In this document: positions 27,432 through 36,907 of the stretch, in pieces | Position numbering within the stretch: the stretch's first letter is position 1 | How the letters are laid out: the number at the start of each line of letters is the position of its first letter | Source: Vulcanimicrobiaceae bacterium | Lineage (GTDB): Bacteria; Vulcanimicrobiota; Vulcanimicrobiia; Vulcanimicrobiales; Vulcanimicrobiaceae | Assembly: GCA_039923715.1 (NCBI GenBank) | Contig: JBDTCF010000026.1 | Span: 1 to 56,253 of the forward strand | DNA: 56,253 bases | Reading direction: 5' to 3' | The notes under the pieces: model-generated | The model's input: the letters and a program-made list of their open reading frames with translations, nothing else | What the model was told of the DNA's origin: nothing | The model's database searches: none | Made by a program: the position numbers and the translations under genes

Positions 27432-28652
27432 CTAGAACGCGAACGTGTCCCAGGAGTAGGGCGTGAAGCCTCGAGCGGCGTCGGCCCGTCCGATCGCGAG
27501 GGTTTGCGCGATTCCCTCACGGTCGTCGAACGATGCGACTTCGACCGGGAGGGTCGCTTCGGGGCGCACGTAGGCCAGCGTCGAGGCGGGAATATAACGC
27601 AGAAAAGACTCGAGCGTTTGAGAACCGCCCGCCAAGGTTCTTACAGATTCGGTCCCGGCCCGTTCGAACGCGCGCTTCGCCAGCCCTTGAAAGTAGACGT
27701 CGCGCATTTCGGCTTCAACGATCTTGCGCTGCATCGTCTGGAACGCGCCCAGCGCGATCTCCAAGGCGTTACCGTACTTCGGCGTTTCCAGCGGGGGGTC
27801 GAGCAAAACGACGTCGATCGCCTGCGCGAGCGTGTGTGCGATCGCGACCGGCGAGTTGCTGGCAACCCCGCCGTCCGAAAAGAGCGCGTGTGCGTCCGCG
27901 CTTCCAGGGATCGAAATCGGATCGAAGACAATCGGAATCGAGGTCGATGCGAACAGCGCGAGGTGGAGAATATCATCGGTGGCCTCGCGCAGAACCGCCG
28001 CCGGACCGAGTGTAACGTGCAACGCCGCCAACACTTCCTGCGTCGGCGCCACGTCGAACTGCGGCGGCAAGCGATAGAAGTATTCCGGTCGCTGGGTCGT
28101 GAGGTTCGTGACGGCCCAGACTAATGGAATCAGCAGCGGTGTGCGCGGATCGATGCGTCGCCGGAGCCACGCGAGGACCGGCGCCGTTTCAGCGACCGCG
28201 CGTTCGTCTTTAAAGAGCCCGAGCGCAAGCCGAACGGCCGCCGCAACGCGCGAGCCGACGCCGCTCGAAGACTGCGCCAGCTTCGCAAAACGGGGCTTGA
28301 GCTGCAGGATATCTTCGCCGGCGATCCCCTCCCAAACATCGCGCAGAGCGTGGTACTGTCCGGTAGCGACGAACCAGCCGTTAATCGCGCCGATCGAGGT
28401 TCCGGCGACCAGCCCGTAGTTTCGCAAGGGCTGCCCGTCGCGAACGCCGTCCGCCGCAACGAGGCCCTCTACGATGCCCGCTTCGTAGGCGCCGAGCGCG
28501 CCCCCACCACTGAGGACGAGGGCGCGAGGAATCACGGGATAGCGTGGAGGCGTCGCGGATCCGGATGCCGTCGGCAAAATCGCCGCGGCGCCCGCGCGCT
28601 GAATAAACGAACGACGATCGAGAATGGCTCGCTCCTCCGCAAGGTCTAGCAT
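27432..28652 (-). CDS. patatin-like phospholipase with Tat-type signal
   Basis: Twin-arginine N-terminus DRRSFIQRAGAAAILP, oxyanion motif SGGGALGAY, nucleophile elbow GTSIG and a catalytic Asp context (SDGGV). Confidence 0.85.
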   Translation of the reverse strand: MLDLAEERAILDRRSFIQRAGAAAILPTASGSATPPRYPVIPRALVLSGGGALGAYEAGIVEGLVAADGVRDGQPLRNYGLVAGTSIGAINGWFVATGQYHALRDVWEGIAGEDILQLKPRFAKLAQSSSGVGSRVAAAVRLALGLFKDERAVAETAPVLAWLRRRIDPRTPLLIPLVWAVTNLTTQRPEYFYRLPPQFDVAPTQEVLAALHVTLGPAAVLREATDDILHLALFASTSIPIVFDPISIPGSADAHALFSDGGVASNSPVAIAHTLAQAIDVVLLDPPLETPKYGNALEIALGAFQTMQRKIVEAEMRDVYFQGLAKRAFERAGTESVRTLAGGSQTLESFLRYIPASTLAYVRPEATLPVEVASFDDREGIAQTLAIGRADAARGFTPYSWDTFAF

Positions 28653-28798
28653 GGCGCCGCGTCAGCGCGCCTTCCCCGCGGCCGTTGCCCATGCCCTTCC
28701 GAGTCGGGTTTGACAGCGCACCTTCTCCTGCGACCCGTGGCCGACCCGATGCAGGCGGAAACCAAAGCCAATTCAGGGAGGCGCCATCGTTGTCAGGT

Positions 28799-28828
28799 TT
28801 GACAGCGCTTGTCGGCAGCGGGTATGAT
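28799..28828 (+). promoter_or_regulatory. sigma-70-type promoter TTGACA-N18-TATGAT, 7 nt upstream of a GTG (leaderless-type arrangement)
   Basis: A perfect -35 TTGACA (28799-28804), an 18-nt spacer and TATGAT (28823-28828). The GTG of the ATPase reading frame is at 28835, with no room for an SD. Confidence 0.5.
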
Positions 28829-28834
28829 CCGGGC

Positions 28835-30038
28835 GTGACCGCTCCCTTCGACAACCCCTTTCGAACGGCGCCCGGCAGCGTTCCGCCGGTCATGGTCGGC
28901 CGCGACGGCGAGCTAAGCGCGGCGCAGTACGCAATCGGGCTGACGCGTGTTCGCGGCGCCGCGGCGCCGATCGTTTTCACAGGGCTGCGCGGAATGGGGA
29001 AGACGGCGCTCCTGCGGCGCTGCGTCGCGGATGCGGAGTCGGGCGGCGCCGTGTCCTCTACTCCGAGGCTTCGCGCGAAAATCATCTCTCGACTTCGCTG
29101 CGGCGAAGTCTCGAGCACGCGAAGCGGCAGTACCGTTCGATCCCCCGAAAGATCAAGGACGCGCTCGACGCAACGATTCAGGCGTTGCCGGAGGCAACGT
29201 ACGAACTCCCAGGCGACCTCGGCGGTGTCAAGCTCGGCGCACCGAGCATCGCACCCGAGCGCCAGTCGTTCGTCGAAGCGCTCGAAACCCTCAATGCCGA
29301 AGTACGTCGCCACGGAAAGTTCGTTCTGATCGCAATCGACGAGGCGCAAGATGCGAACGTCAGGGACCTGTTGATCCTCGTCGAGTTCGTGCATCTAACC
29401 GCCGGCACGAACGACCCGATTCTCTTTCTCGGAGCCGGCTTACCCAACACGCCCGGTCACTTTCACACCGTGCGGACCTACACCGAGCGCTGGCGCTACT
29501 TTCGGATCGGACCGCTCGACCCCGAGTAGACGCGCGAAGCTGTCGCGCTACCCGCGAAAGCACTCGGGGTGACGTTTGCGGCGGCCGCGCTCGATCGCAT
29601 CGTCGAAGCGAGCGCCGGGTATCCGTTCTTCATTCAAGAGTACGCCTCGGCTGCGTGGTTGCAGCACCATGGCGCGCGCGTCACGGTCGCCGACGTGGAC
29701 GCCGTGATCCCGGGCGTGCGGCGAATGCTCGAAGATAGCTTCTACGACGAGCGCTTTCGGCGCCTCACCCCGCGGGAGGTGCGCTACGCGCTAGCGATAG
29801 CCGGCCTCGGTGGGGTGCGCACACGGTCGGGGAGATCGCGAGTGCCCTCGGCGGCGTCTCCGAACATCTGAGTTCGACGCGCAACCAATTGGTGAAGAAG
29901 GACGTGGTTTACGCGCCGGCCGGCGGCCTTCTAGAGTTTCGGATGCCCCTGACCGAGCGGTACGTCGAACGGCACCGAGTCGAATTGGAACGGCGTGCGG
30001 CGCTCGCCCGGACGCGCGTGATCCGCCGGGACGAGTAG
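28835..30038 (+). pseudogene. AAA+/P-loop ATPase (AAA_16/ORC-like) with a C-terminal winged-helix, disrupted by two frameshifts and one in-frame TAG
   Basis: The protein-like reading jumps frame near 29050 (..ESGGAV | VLYSEASRE..) and again near 29812 (..AIAGLGG | AHTVGEIASALG..). There is a TAG at 29527-29529 inside LDPE*TREAVAL. Walker A GLRGMGKT and Walker B LIAIDEAQ are retained. The final stop is at 30036-30038. Confidence 0.65.
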
Positions 30039-30059
30039 CTTGCGCTGCCCGGAAGGCAG

Positions 30060-30689
30060 ATGCGCCAAACCGAAGGTGTAGAGCCGATGTGGAAACGGTC
30101 GACCATTCGCCGCGCCTGGCTGGTCCCGGCCTGCGCGGCGCTCGCGTTCGGCGCGCTTTGCGCCGCCCGAACGGGTGCAGCGTCGCGCACGCCGGCGGAT
30201 TCGGGGACGGGTTTGAAAGCCGTGCGGCTGGGCGCCGAAGCCCCCGATTTCGGGTATGACGTCGGGGCCGGCGCGCGTCGCTTGCGCGACGAACGCGGCC
30301 GGCCCGTCGTCTTGAATTTCTGGGCGACCTGGTGCGCACCGTGCCTCGACGAGTTACCGGCGTTCGATCGTCTCGAGCGTACGTTTGGCGATCGCGTTCG
30401 CGTGGTTTCCCTTTCGGATGAGGCTCCCGGCGTCGCGCGCACGTTCGTTGCCACGCGCGGGCTCGTGCTGCCGGTCGACGAGGATCCTCAGCGAGCGGTT
30501 TTCGACGCATACTCGATCGGACCGATCCCCGTAACCGTGGTGCTCGACGCCCGCGGCCGCGTTACCCACGTCTCGGTTGGCGAACTGGATTGGAAAGAAC
30601 TCTCGGCCGCCGTTAGCGCCGACCTGCCCGCGGGCGCGACGACCCAGGGGGGAGCTCAGGCGCTTCCGCGGATGGAACCTCGCGGCTGA
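30060..30689 (+). CDS. TlpA-family thiol:disulfide oxidoreductase (redoxin)
   Basis: N-terminal signal/anchor, then VVLNFWATWCAPCLDELP (a CxxC thioredoxin fold). The alternative start is the ATG at 30087. Confidence 0.85.
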   Translation: MRQTEGVEPMWKRSTIRRAWLVPACAALAFGALCAARTGAASRTPADSGTGLKAVRLGAEAPDFGYDVGAGARRLRDERGRPVVLNFWATWCAPCLDELPAFDRLERTFGDRVRVVSLSDEAPGVARTFVATRGLVLPVDEDPQRAVFDAYSIGPIPVTVVLDARGRVTHVSVGELDWKELSAAVSADLPAGATTQGGAQALPRMEPRG

Positions 30690-31324
30690 TAGTCGGGAGC
30701 GTCCTCGCGCGTCCGGCCGGCGACGGATCTCGTCCCGTGCCAATCGAGGATTTTCCCGACCATCGCCGGACGATTTCTCGAATCGGTCTTGCTCAACAAG
30801 GTCTTAATGTAGCCCTGCGCCGTGTATTCGGAGATCGAGAGCAGGTCCGCTATCTCGCCTGCACTCGCTCCATGCAGGACGAGGACGAGGACCTCGGTCT
30901 GACGCCGGGTCAGCTTAAATCGATTGATCGCGCGAGAGATGCTGTCGCGGTTGCGGTCGGGCTCGATAATCAATGCGAAAAGGGTCTCCCCGTCGCTCAC
31001 GAGTCGGGAGAGGTGCACCGCGCGCCTTTCGTCCAGCAGAACGATCCGTTTGTCGAACGCACGGCTGGGTCCGACGTCGGCGATGGCGCGCGCGACGACC
31101 GCTTCGATTTCCGCCCGGAGGCGCGTACGATCCTCGGACAGGAAACGCTGGGCGCCCTCCGCGTGGTCGACGCCCCAAAAGCAGAATTTTACGCGACACG
31201 CTGCATCCGTCACGATAAGCGCGAGGTATCGGGAAGACGCCGGCCGATCGTCGCCGGCTGCGCGCGTCAAGAGCAGCGAATCGCTCGCGCGGCGGCCGAC
31301 GGTTGAGGAACCCGGGACGTTCAT
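30656..31324 (-). CDS. LuxR/GerE-family transcriptional regulator with an unassigned N-terminal domain
   Basis: The C-terminal HTH is LTRRQTEVLVLVLHGASAGEIADLLSISEYTAQGYIKTLLSKT. The start was taken at MNVPG, because the upstream 98 codons of the track ORF are Arg/Pro/Gly-rich. Confidence 0.8.
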   Translation of the reverse strand: MNVPGSSTVGRRASDSLLLTRAAGDDRPASSRYLALIVTDAACRVKFCFWGVDHAEGAQRFLSEDRTRLRAEIEAVVARAIADVGPSRAFDKRIVLLDERRAVHLSRLVSDGETLFALIIEPDRNRDSISRAINRFKLTRRQTEVLVLVLHGASAGEIADLLSISEYTAQGYIKTLLSKTDSRNRPAMVGKILDWHGTRSVAGRTREDAPDYQPRGSIRGSA

Positions 31325-31521
31325 GAGAGCCACCCTGGAATCACCTGCACTCCTTGTGCGTTGAGCTCCGCCCGGCCGGGTCCGTCGGCGAGGGTTGGTT
31401 CGGAGAAACGGAGCCATTGAAAACGAGCAGTGATGGGAACGACCCCAGCCTACTCCCTTAGAGCATAGCCGTTGTGCGTGGGCGCGAACACCCCCGTTTG
31501 GGGGATAGGGGCCGGGAAAAT

Positions 31522-32232
31522 ATGCCGCGGCGCACGAGGGGCCGGGGTGACGGCGTTCGCGAAGGCGCCGTCGTGTCACTGTTTTCGCGCATTGCCGACC
31601 ACCGCGATCCGCGCTCACTGGCTTCTCGGCTGCGTGCGCAGCGTCTAGCGTTCTTTCGCCGATTGCTCGCGAGCGTTACGGGACCGGTCACGATTCTCGA
31701 TGTTGGGGGCACGGTCGATTTTTGGAAAAGTCCGGAGTTCGAAAATGACTGGACGAGGGTCGTCCTGCTCAACGTTCGCGCCGAAGCAATTGACGATGCG
31801 CGTTTTGAAAGCGTACTCGGCGATGCGCGCGACCTCGGGGCATTTGCTGACCGGAGTATCGACGTCGTGTACTCCAACTCCGTCATCGAGCATGTGGGAA
31901 CGTTCGACGATCAGCGCAAGATGGCGAACGAGATTCGACGGATCGCGCGACGCTATTTCGTCCAGACGCCGAACGCGCTGTTTCCGATCGAGCCGCACTT
32001 CCTGGTTCCGGGATTCCAATTCATGCCGCTCGCGATGCGGACGCTTCTCCTCCAGCACGCCCGTTTGGGCTGGGTTCCGCGGGAGCGGGATCCTCAGCGC
32101 GCGCGGGATGTCGTCGGGTCCGTGCGCTTGCTTACCGCTGGGCAGATGCGAACGCTGTTCCCCGAAGCGGTCATGTACCGCGAACGCCTCCTGGGCATGA
32201 CCAAGAGCGTCATCGCGTATCACGGATGGTAA
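31522..32232 (+). CDS. class I SAM-dependent methyltransferase
   Basis: Motif I ILDVGGT, an acidic loop, and motif II/III in DVVYSNSVIEHV. The start is uncertain (ATG 31522 or 31474). Confidence 0.75.
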   Translation: MPRRTRGRGDGVREGAVVSLFSRIADHRDPRSLASRLRAQRLAFFRRLLASVTGPVTILDVGGTVDFWKSPEFENDWTRVVLLNVRAEAIDDARFESVLGDARDLGAFADRSIDVVYSNSVIEHVGTFDDQRKMANEIRRIARRYFVQTPNALFPIEPHFLVPGFQFMPLAMRTLLLQHARLGWVPRERDPQRARDVVGSVRLLTAGQMRTLFPEAVMYRERLLGMTKSVIAYHGW

Positions 32233-33529
32233 TGGGCGTGAGGCGGACCGCGCCGCGGACTCCGGCTCGCAGTCCACGATTCGGGTATAGCAACGCCGCA
32301 ACGAAGAATATCCATTCGAACGTATTGTAGTTCGCGAGATAAGTCTCCGTGTAACTTCCGATAACCAGGTAGAGGACGATCATGAGCGGCCAGACCGCAG
32401 TCGGCGCGCGGTCGGTTGCAAGGTACCGTGTTGCGCGAACGATGGCGACGAGCACGAGCGTCGCTAGCAGCGCCAGTCCAACAAAGCCGGCGTCGAGAGC
32501 GATCTGAAGAAAGCTGTCGTGGGCGTGATACGGCGTCCAGCCACCGGCTTGAACGACATAGGAACTGAGGTACTCGTTACCGGTGGAGGAGCCAAAAAAT
32601 GCATTGTATCCGTATCCCAGGACGGCCTGGTCTCCGAACGCTTGGAGCAGATACGGCCAAAAATCGGTACGGCCGGTCAGCGTGTCACTTCGTCCGAGCA
32701 ACTCGAAGACCCGATCGGGCTGTAGGCCGATGAGAAGGCAAACGCCAACGGTCGCCGTCCCGAGCGCGACCAAAAGCAGGCGCCCGGAGAAACCGGCTCG
32801 TGGCGAGTTCCATAGCAGAGCGACGACGCCGAACGCAAGTGCGAGCAGACCCGCTCCGAACGCCGTCGCCGAACGCGAGCCCGCCAGCAGCGCGAGGCAA
32901 AGAAGCGACGCCGCCCCCGCCAAAAGCTTGCGGCGCCGGGTACCCATGAAAAGGGAGGGTACGAGTGCGATTGTTGCCAGCACCATCGCCGCGCCTAAAC
33001 TGTTCTTCTCCTGAAAGACGCCGGACCACGCGCCGCTCCCCCAGTCCATGCGCCCATGCCCGGGCGCGAACACGATGATCAGCAGACTGACCGCCGCGAT
33101 CGTTCCGAAGGCGAGGCCGACGAGATCGAGCAAGCGCCTAAGCGGGTAATAGACGACGAGGTAGTACGCGACGATGGTCGTGCCGACAAGCTCGATTGAG
33201 TTCTTGAACGTCACGGAGGGAGCGACCGACCAAATCGTCGAGAGAACCATGAGCAGCACGAGGGCGCAAAGGACCGTCGAGTGGCGGAGAAGCGTGACGG
33301 TGCGATCACGCTTGGCAAGGAGCCGGACTGCGGCCAAGACGTAGACGACGCTCCAGACGACCTCTCCCAGGGGCGAACTCGTCGGTGCATCCGTGATCTG
33401 ACCCTTCGCGAGTGCCGGGATGAGCGCGATTGCCAGTAATCCGCTGTAGCCGAGCCACCATTCGAGACCGGCCGGTCCGCGAGGGGATTCCGCGACCGCC
33501 TCAACCACTCGCACCGCCCGGCCTGGCAT
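32210..33529 (-). CDS. O-antigen ligase/polymerase-family membrane protein (Wzy-like)
   Basis: About 11 predicted TM segments and a large loop with HAHDSFLQIALDAGFVG, typical of the Wzy_C/O-antigen ligase domain. The start is uncertain: ATG 33529, or GTG 33508 overlapping the upstream stop. Confidence 0.75.
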   Translation of the reverse strand: MPGRAVRVVEAVAESPRGPAGLEWWLGYSGLLAIALIPALAKGQITDAPTSSPLGEVVWSVVYVLAAVRLLAKRDRTVTLLRHSTVLCALVLLMVLSTIWSVAPSVTFKNSIELVGTTIVAYYLVVYYPLRRLLDLVGLAFGTIAAVSLLIIVFAPGHGRMDWGSGAWSGVFQEKNSLGAAMVLATIALVPSLFMGTRRRKLLAGAASLLCLALLAGSRSATAFGAGLLALAFGVVALLWNSPRAGFSGRLLLVALGTATVGVCLLIGLQPDRVFELLGRSDTLTGRTDFWPYLLQAFGDQAVLGYGYNAFFGSSTGNEYLSSYVVQAGGWTPYHAHDSFLQIALDAGFVGLALLATLVLVAIVRATRYLATDRAPTAVWPLMIVLYLVIGSYTETYLANYNTFEWIFFVAALLYPNRGLRAGVRGAVRLTPITIRDTR

Positions 33530-34451
33530 AGGCCCTATACGTATACCCGAGCAGCCCCCCGAGGGCTCCGAGGCCATGTGCGAGATCGCAGGCGGCCGCG
33601 ACGGTTCCTCGGCGCCCGTCCAGCAACGCACGAGGCACGATAGTCACGCATCCGCGCGCAATTCGCGCCGCAGCTTTGAGGGCCCTAAGGATAAGGACGC
33701 GCGGGGCGCCGTTCAGTTTGCGGTCGCTTAGCGACAGCGTGTTACCCCGGCGGAAGTTCAACTTTATCAGGTACGCCGCGGTCAGGCGGTCGGCCGTGAC
33801 GGGCTCGCTTGCGACCGCATGCGCAGCATAGGCGATCGTTGCGCCTCGCCGCCTGAAATCGCGAAAGAACACGAGATCTTCTCCGCCGGCGAAGTTGAGC
33901 GACGGGTCGAAAGCGATCTCGTATCGCTCGATCGAACTGACGCGAACCAGACAGTTGCCGCTGTACCCATCGTTCAGTAGATCTCCGTCAGCATGGACGG
34001 GAAGGTCGAAGAACGTGCCGTTACGCAACCAGCGCGGCGCTTGAGCCGGGACGACGTGTGGCACCGCCCCGACGACAGCATCGGCGCCCGTCGCCGCCTC
34101 GATGCGCAGCAGTTCGCGCAGCCACTGCCGCTGTGGGATCTCGTCGTCGTCGATCATTGCGAGAAACTCGAAGCCTTGGCGCGCGTGATGCAGCGCGAAG
34201 TTCCGCACGGACGAAAGGCCCGGTTGCGGCACGCTTCGGTACTCGAGTGCGAAAGGAAACCGTAGCGCGAGCCGACCCACCAGCGCGGCCGCGGACTGCA
34301 TCGGATCGTTGTCCATCACGAGCACCTCGAGGGCGCAGTCGAGGGGCACCTCGAGAATCGCGATCGCGGTCAGCAGGCGTTCGAGTTCCTGGGAGCGGCG
34401 AAACGTGGGAATCGCGACGCACGTCCGGCGCGTTTTCCGAAGATCAGTCAT
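33501..34451 (-). CDS. family-2 glycosyltransferase
   Basis: CVAIPTFRRSQELERLL, VMDND and MIDDDE (DxD) fit the GT-A fold. The ATG overlaps the upstream stop by 8 nt. Confidence 0.85.
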   Translation of the reverse strand: MTDLRKTRRTCVAIPTFRRSQELERLLTAIAILEVPLDCALEVLVMDNDPMQSAAALVGRLALRFPFALEYRSVPQPGLSSVRNFALHHARQGFEFLAMIDDDEIPQRQWLRELLRIEAATGADAVVGAVPHVVPAQAPRWLRNGTFFDLPVHADGDLLNDGYSGNCLVRVSSIERYEIAFDPSLNFAGGEDLVFFRDFRRRGATIAYAAHAVASEPVTADRLTAAYLIKLNFRRGNTLSLSDRKLNGAPRVLILRALKAAARIARGCVTIVPRALLDGRRGTVAAACDLAHGLGALGGLLGYTYRAYARPGGASG

Positions 34452-35466
34452 AACGCAACTCGAGGCGATGACGTGCGAGGTAGCGGCGCCACCAATCTTG
34501 CAGAGCGACGCGATGAAAGGCTTGGACCGTTTTGCGCGCGGGGGCTACGAGATTGAAACCGGTCTTCGCGAATATCCAGCTCAGCCGATTCTTGAAGCTA
34601 CCCGACAACGCGCCGACGCCGACGTCGGCCTGCAGCCGCCGAGCATGCTGATCGAATCCGTACATCAAAAAGCGAACGTAGAGCGAGCGTATGACGTTGT
34701 CGCGTAAGCGGCCGGCTTCGGTTGGTGAGAGAAGCGGACCGAACTCATCGAGGAGGGCCATCTCCGCGCCGTACGCGCGCTCGTAGTCCGCGAGGATGCT
34801 GCGGCACTTTCCGGCAAGCGTCTGCCGATAGATGGCCAGTCGACGCCCGGTCGGGTAAATCGGGAAGCGCCGGGTGGCGCGCAGGATGAAATCGTGATCC
34901 TCGTGATACCGGAACGGATCGAAGGCGCCGATGGCCTCGAAGATGCGTCGATCGAACAAACAGAGGCTCGGCATCAGAAAGTCTTCGCCGTCGATGAGTA
35001 GATCGAAAGCGCGCCCAGCATGCGTCCGCACCGGCGCGGCGTGCTGCAAGCGCCCGGTGTCGTCGACGGCGTAATACGAACTGTACGCAATTGCAATCGA
35101 CCCGCTGCGTTGCAGGACCGCGAGTTCGCTTGCGACCTTTTCCGGGAACCAGCGGTCGTCGCAGTCGAGAAACGCGACGTATTGGCCGCGCGCTCGCGCA
35201 AGCGCGGAGTTTCGCGCAGCCCCAACCCCGGCGTTCGCTTGGTGCACGACCTGAAGGCGCGGGTCATCGACGGTAGTGAGGCGTTCGAGCGTTGCGTCGG
35301 TCGAGCCGTCGTCGACGACCAACACCTCGAGCGCGCGATGGGTCTGCCGAAGCGCCGACTGCACGGCGCCCAGGACGAGGTTCTCACCTTGATAGACCGG
35401 GAGAATGACCGAGACCAACGGGCTCGCGGCCGCAGGCGAGCAGTTGAGTTCGGGCGCGGCGTTCAC
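34444..35466 (-). CDS. family-2 glycosyltransferase
   Basis: The GTG start has a GTGA overlap with the flippase stop. VSVILPVYQGENLV, VVDDGSTD, NAGVGAARN and FLDCDD are present. Confidence 0.85.
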   Translation of the reverse strand: MNAAPELNCSPAAASPLVSVILPVYQGENLVLGAVQSALRQTHRALEVLVVDDGSTDATLERLTTVDDPRLQVVHQANAGVGAARNSALARARGQYVAFLDCDDRWFPEKVASELAVLQRSGSIAIAYSSYYAVDDTGRLQHAAPVRTHAGRAFDLLIDGEDFLMPSLCLFDRRIFEAIGAFDPFRYHEDHDFILRATRRFPIYPTGRRLAIYRQTLAGKCRSILADYERAYGAEMALLDEFGPLLSPTEAGRLRDNVIRSLYVRFLMYGFDQHARRLQADVGVGALSGSFKNRLSWIFAKTGFNLVAPARKTVQAFHRVALQDWWRRYLARHRLELRYD

Positions 35467-36896
35467 GTTTGTCGCGCCCGCTTGGCCGGGACGAACGAGC
35501 CGAGGTACGTGCGCAGGCTCCGTGGATGCGCGAGCGCGACGGCCGCTCCGTACGCGACGGCGCCGACGGCGAACGAAACGAAGAGACCGAGGAAGGTCGA
35601 GCGAACCGGCACGACCGCGATCGCGGCGACCATCGTGGCCGTTGCGGCAATGACTTTGAACCAACTCTTCCAGGGGATCGGCGTATGCATCAGACGGCGG
35701 GCCCAGACGACGCTGAGCGCCAGGCCGACAACTTCTGCGAGGAGCATGGCCAGCGCGGCGCCAATCGCACCGTACGGGCGAATCAACCAGAGGCTGAACG
35801 CGATCGTCAGAACGACGCGGACGACCGTATTGGCCGCGACCGCTCGGGTTTTGAGCGCAATCTCGAAGATCTGCTCGAAGTAGCTCCCCCGCAGCCCGGA
35901 TAGAAACATCACGGCGGCCCCGATGGCAATGACGGTGCCCGAATGAACGTGGAATCGCGCTCCGAGGTAAATCTCCGAAATCGGTCCCGCCAGGACGATG
36001 AGGCCGACGGCTGCGGGCAAACCGATCGCGAAGACGAGCCTAGCGTTGTTTCGAAGCTGTTCGGCTAGTTGCTCTTTGCTACCGAGATCGCGGGCGCGAA
36101 AGGCGAGTGGCTGTCCGGCGAGCGTTGCCGTTCCGATCAGTAGCCCGACCGTCTGTTGAGAGAAGTCGCTCGCGGCCGCGAATATCCCGACGATGGCGCT
36201 CCCGCCGATCGCCTCGAGGGCGAAGCGCTGAAACGTGTTCGAAACGTAACTCAAAGAAGCGATGCTCGAAGGCCATCCGAAGAGGAAGAAACGAGCGAGC
36301 AAGGTGCGGCTAAAATGCCCGCGCGACGTACCTTTCCATAGACCGAAAGCGCCGAATGCCGCGCAGTTTCCGACGGCGAAACCGCCGAGTAATGCATTCG
36401 CCTTGAATCCGGCTGCGATGAGTGCAAGCGAGCAGAGCAAAGCGCCGAACGCGCGCCCGGTCTGCAACATACCGTAGGCGCCGACGCGCAAACGAGCTTG
36501 TGCGATCGACACGTTGAGTTCGAACCACCCGCTGGCGATCGCGCACGCCGCCGTCAAAGAGGTAGTGGTCCACCCCAAGCCGGGGTTATAGACGCGTAGC
36601 CCTAGGACGATGACCGCACCAACGACCAGCGAGACCGCGGCAAAAGCGAGAGCGATCGTGGCGCCCACGTTGGCTTCGTCGGCGGGTGCGACCGACGCCA
36701 TCATCCGCAGGCTCGCGACGCGCAACCACGAGTATCCGATCAGGCCGACCAAGAACGCAGTGCTTAGAAGAAGAGCGTACGTACCAAAGCTGGCCGGATC
36801 GACCATACGCGTGTAGAGAGCGATGCCGCCGAAGCCGACTGCGGCGGGAAGAAGACGGCCGGCCGCATAGGCCGGCCACTGTTTAAAAAGGTGCAT
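35463..36896 (-). CDS. wzx: oligosaccharide flippase (Wzx, MOP superfamily)
   Basis: 477 aa with about 12-14 TM segments and the polysaccharide-biosynthesis-protein pattern. It sits between glycosyltransferases and export genes. Confidence 0.85.
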   Translation of the reverse strand: MHLFKQWPAYAAGRLLPAAVGFGGIALYTRMVDPASFGTYALLLSTAFLVGLIGYSWLRVASLRMMASVAPADEANVGATIALAFAAVSLVVGAVIVLGLRVYNPGLGWTTTSLTAACAIASGWFELNVSIAQARLRVGAYGMLQTGRAFGALLCSLALIAAGFKANALLGGFAVGNCAAFGAFGLWKGTSRGHFSRTLLARFFLFGWPSSIASLSYVSNTFQRFALEAIGGSAIVGIFAAASDFSQQTVGLLIGTATLAGQPLAFRARDLGSKEQLAEQLRNNARLVFAIGLPAAVGLIVLAGPISEIYLGARFHVHSGTVIAIGAAVMFLSGLRGSYFEQIFEIALKTRAVAANTVVRVVLTIAFSLWLIRPYGAIGAALAMLLAEVVGLALSVVWARRLMHTPIPWKSWFKVIAATATMVAAIAVVPVRSTFLGLFVSFAVGAVAYGAAVALAHPRSLRTYLGSFVPAKRARQT

Positions 36897-36907
36897 TCGT
36901 CAGGCGG

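Noticed and set aside
28381-29394. A 337-aa minus-strand ORF spans the patatin 5' end, the intergenic promoter region and the ATPase pseudogene.
   Set aside because: It crosses an intergenic promoter, lies antisense to clearly protein-like frames, and has a low-complexity translation.
30656-31618. The full 320-aa version of the LuxR ORF.
   Set aside because: The N-terminal 98 codons are Arg/Pro/Gly-rich and would consume the entire divergent promoter region. The ATG at 31324 gives a compact regulator.
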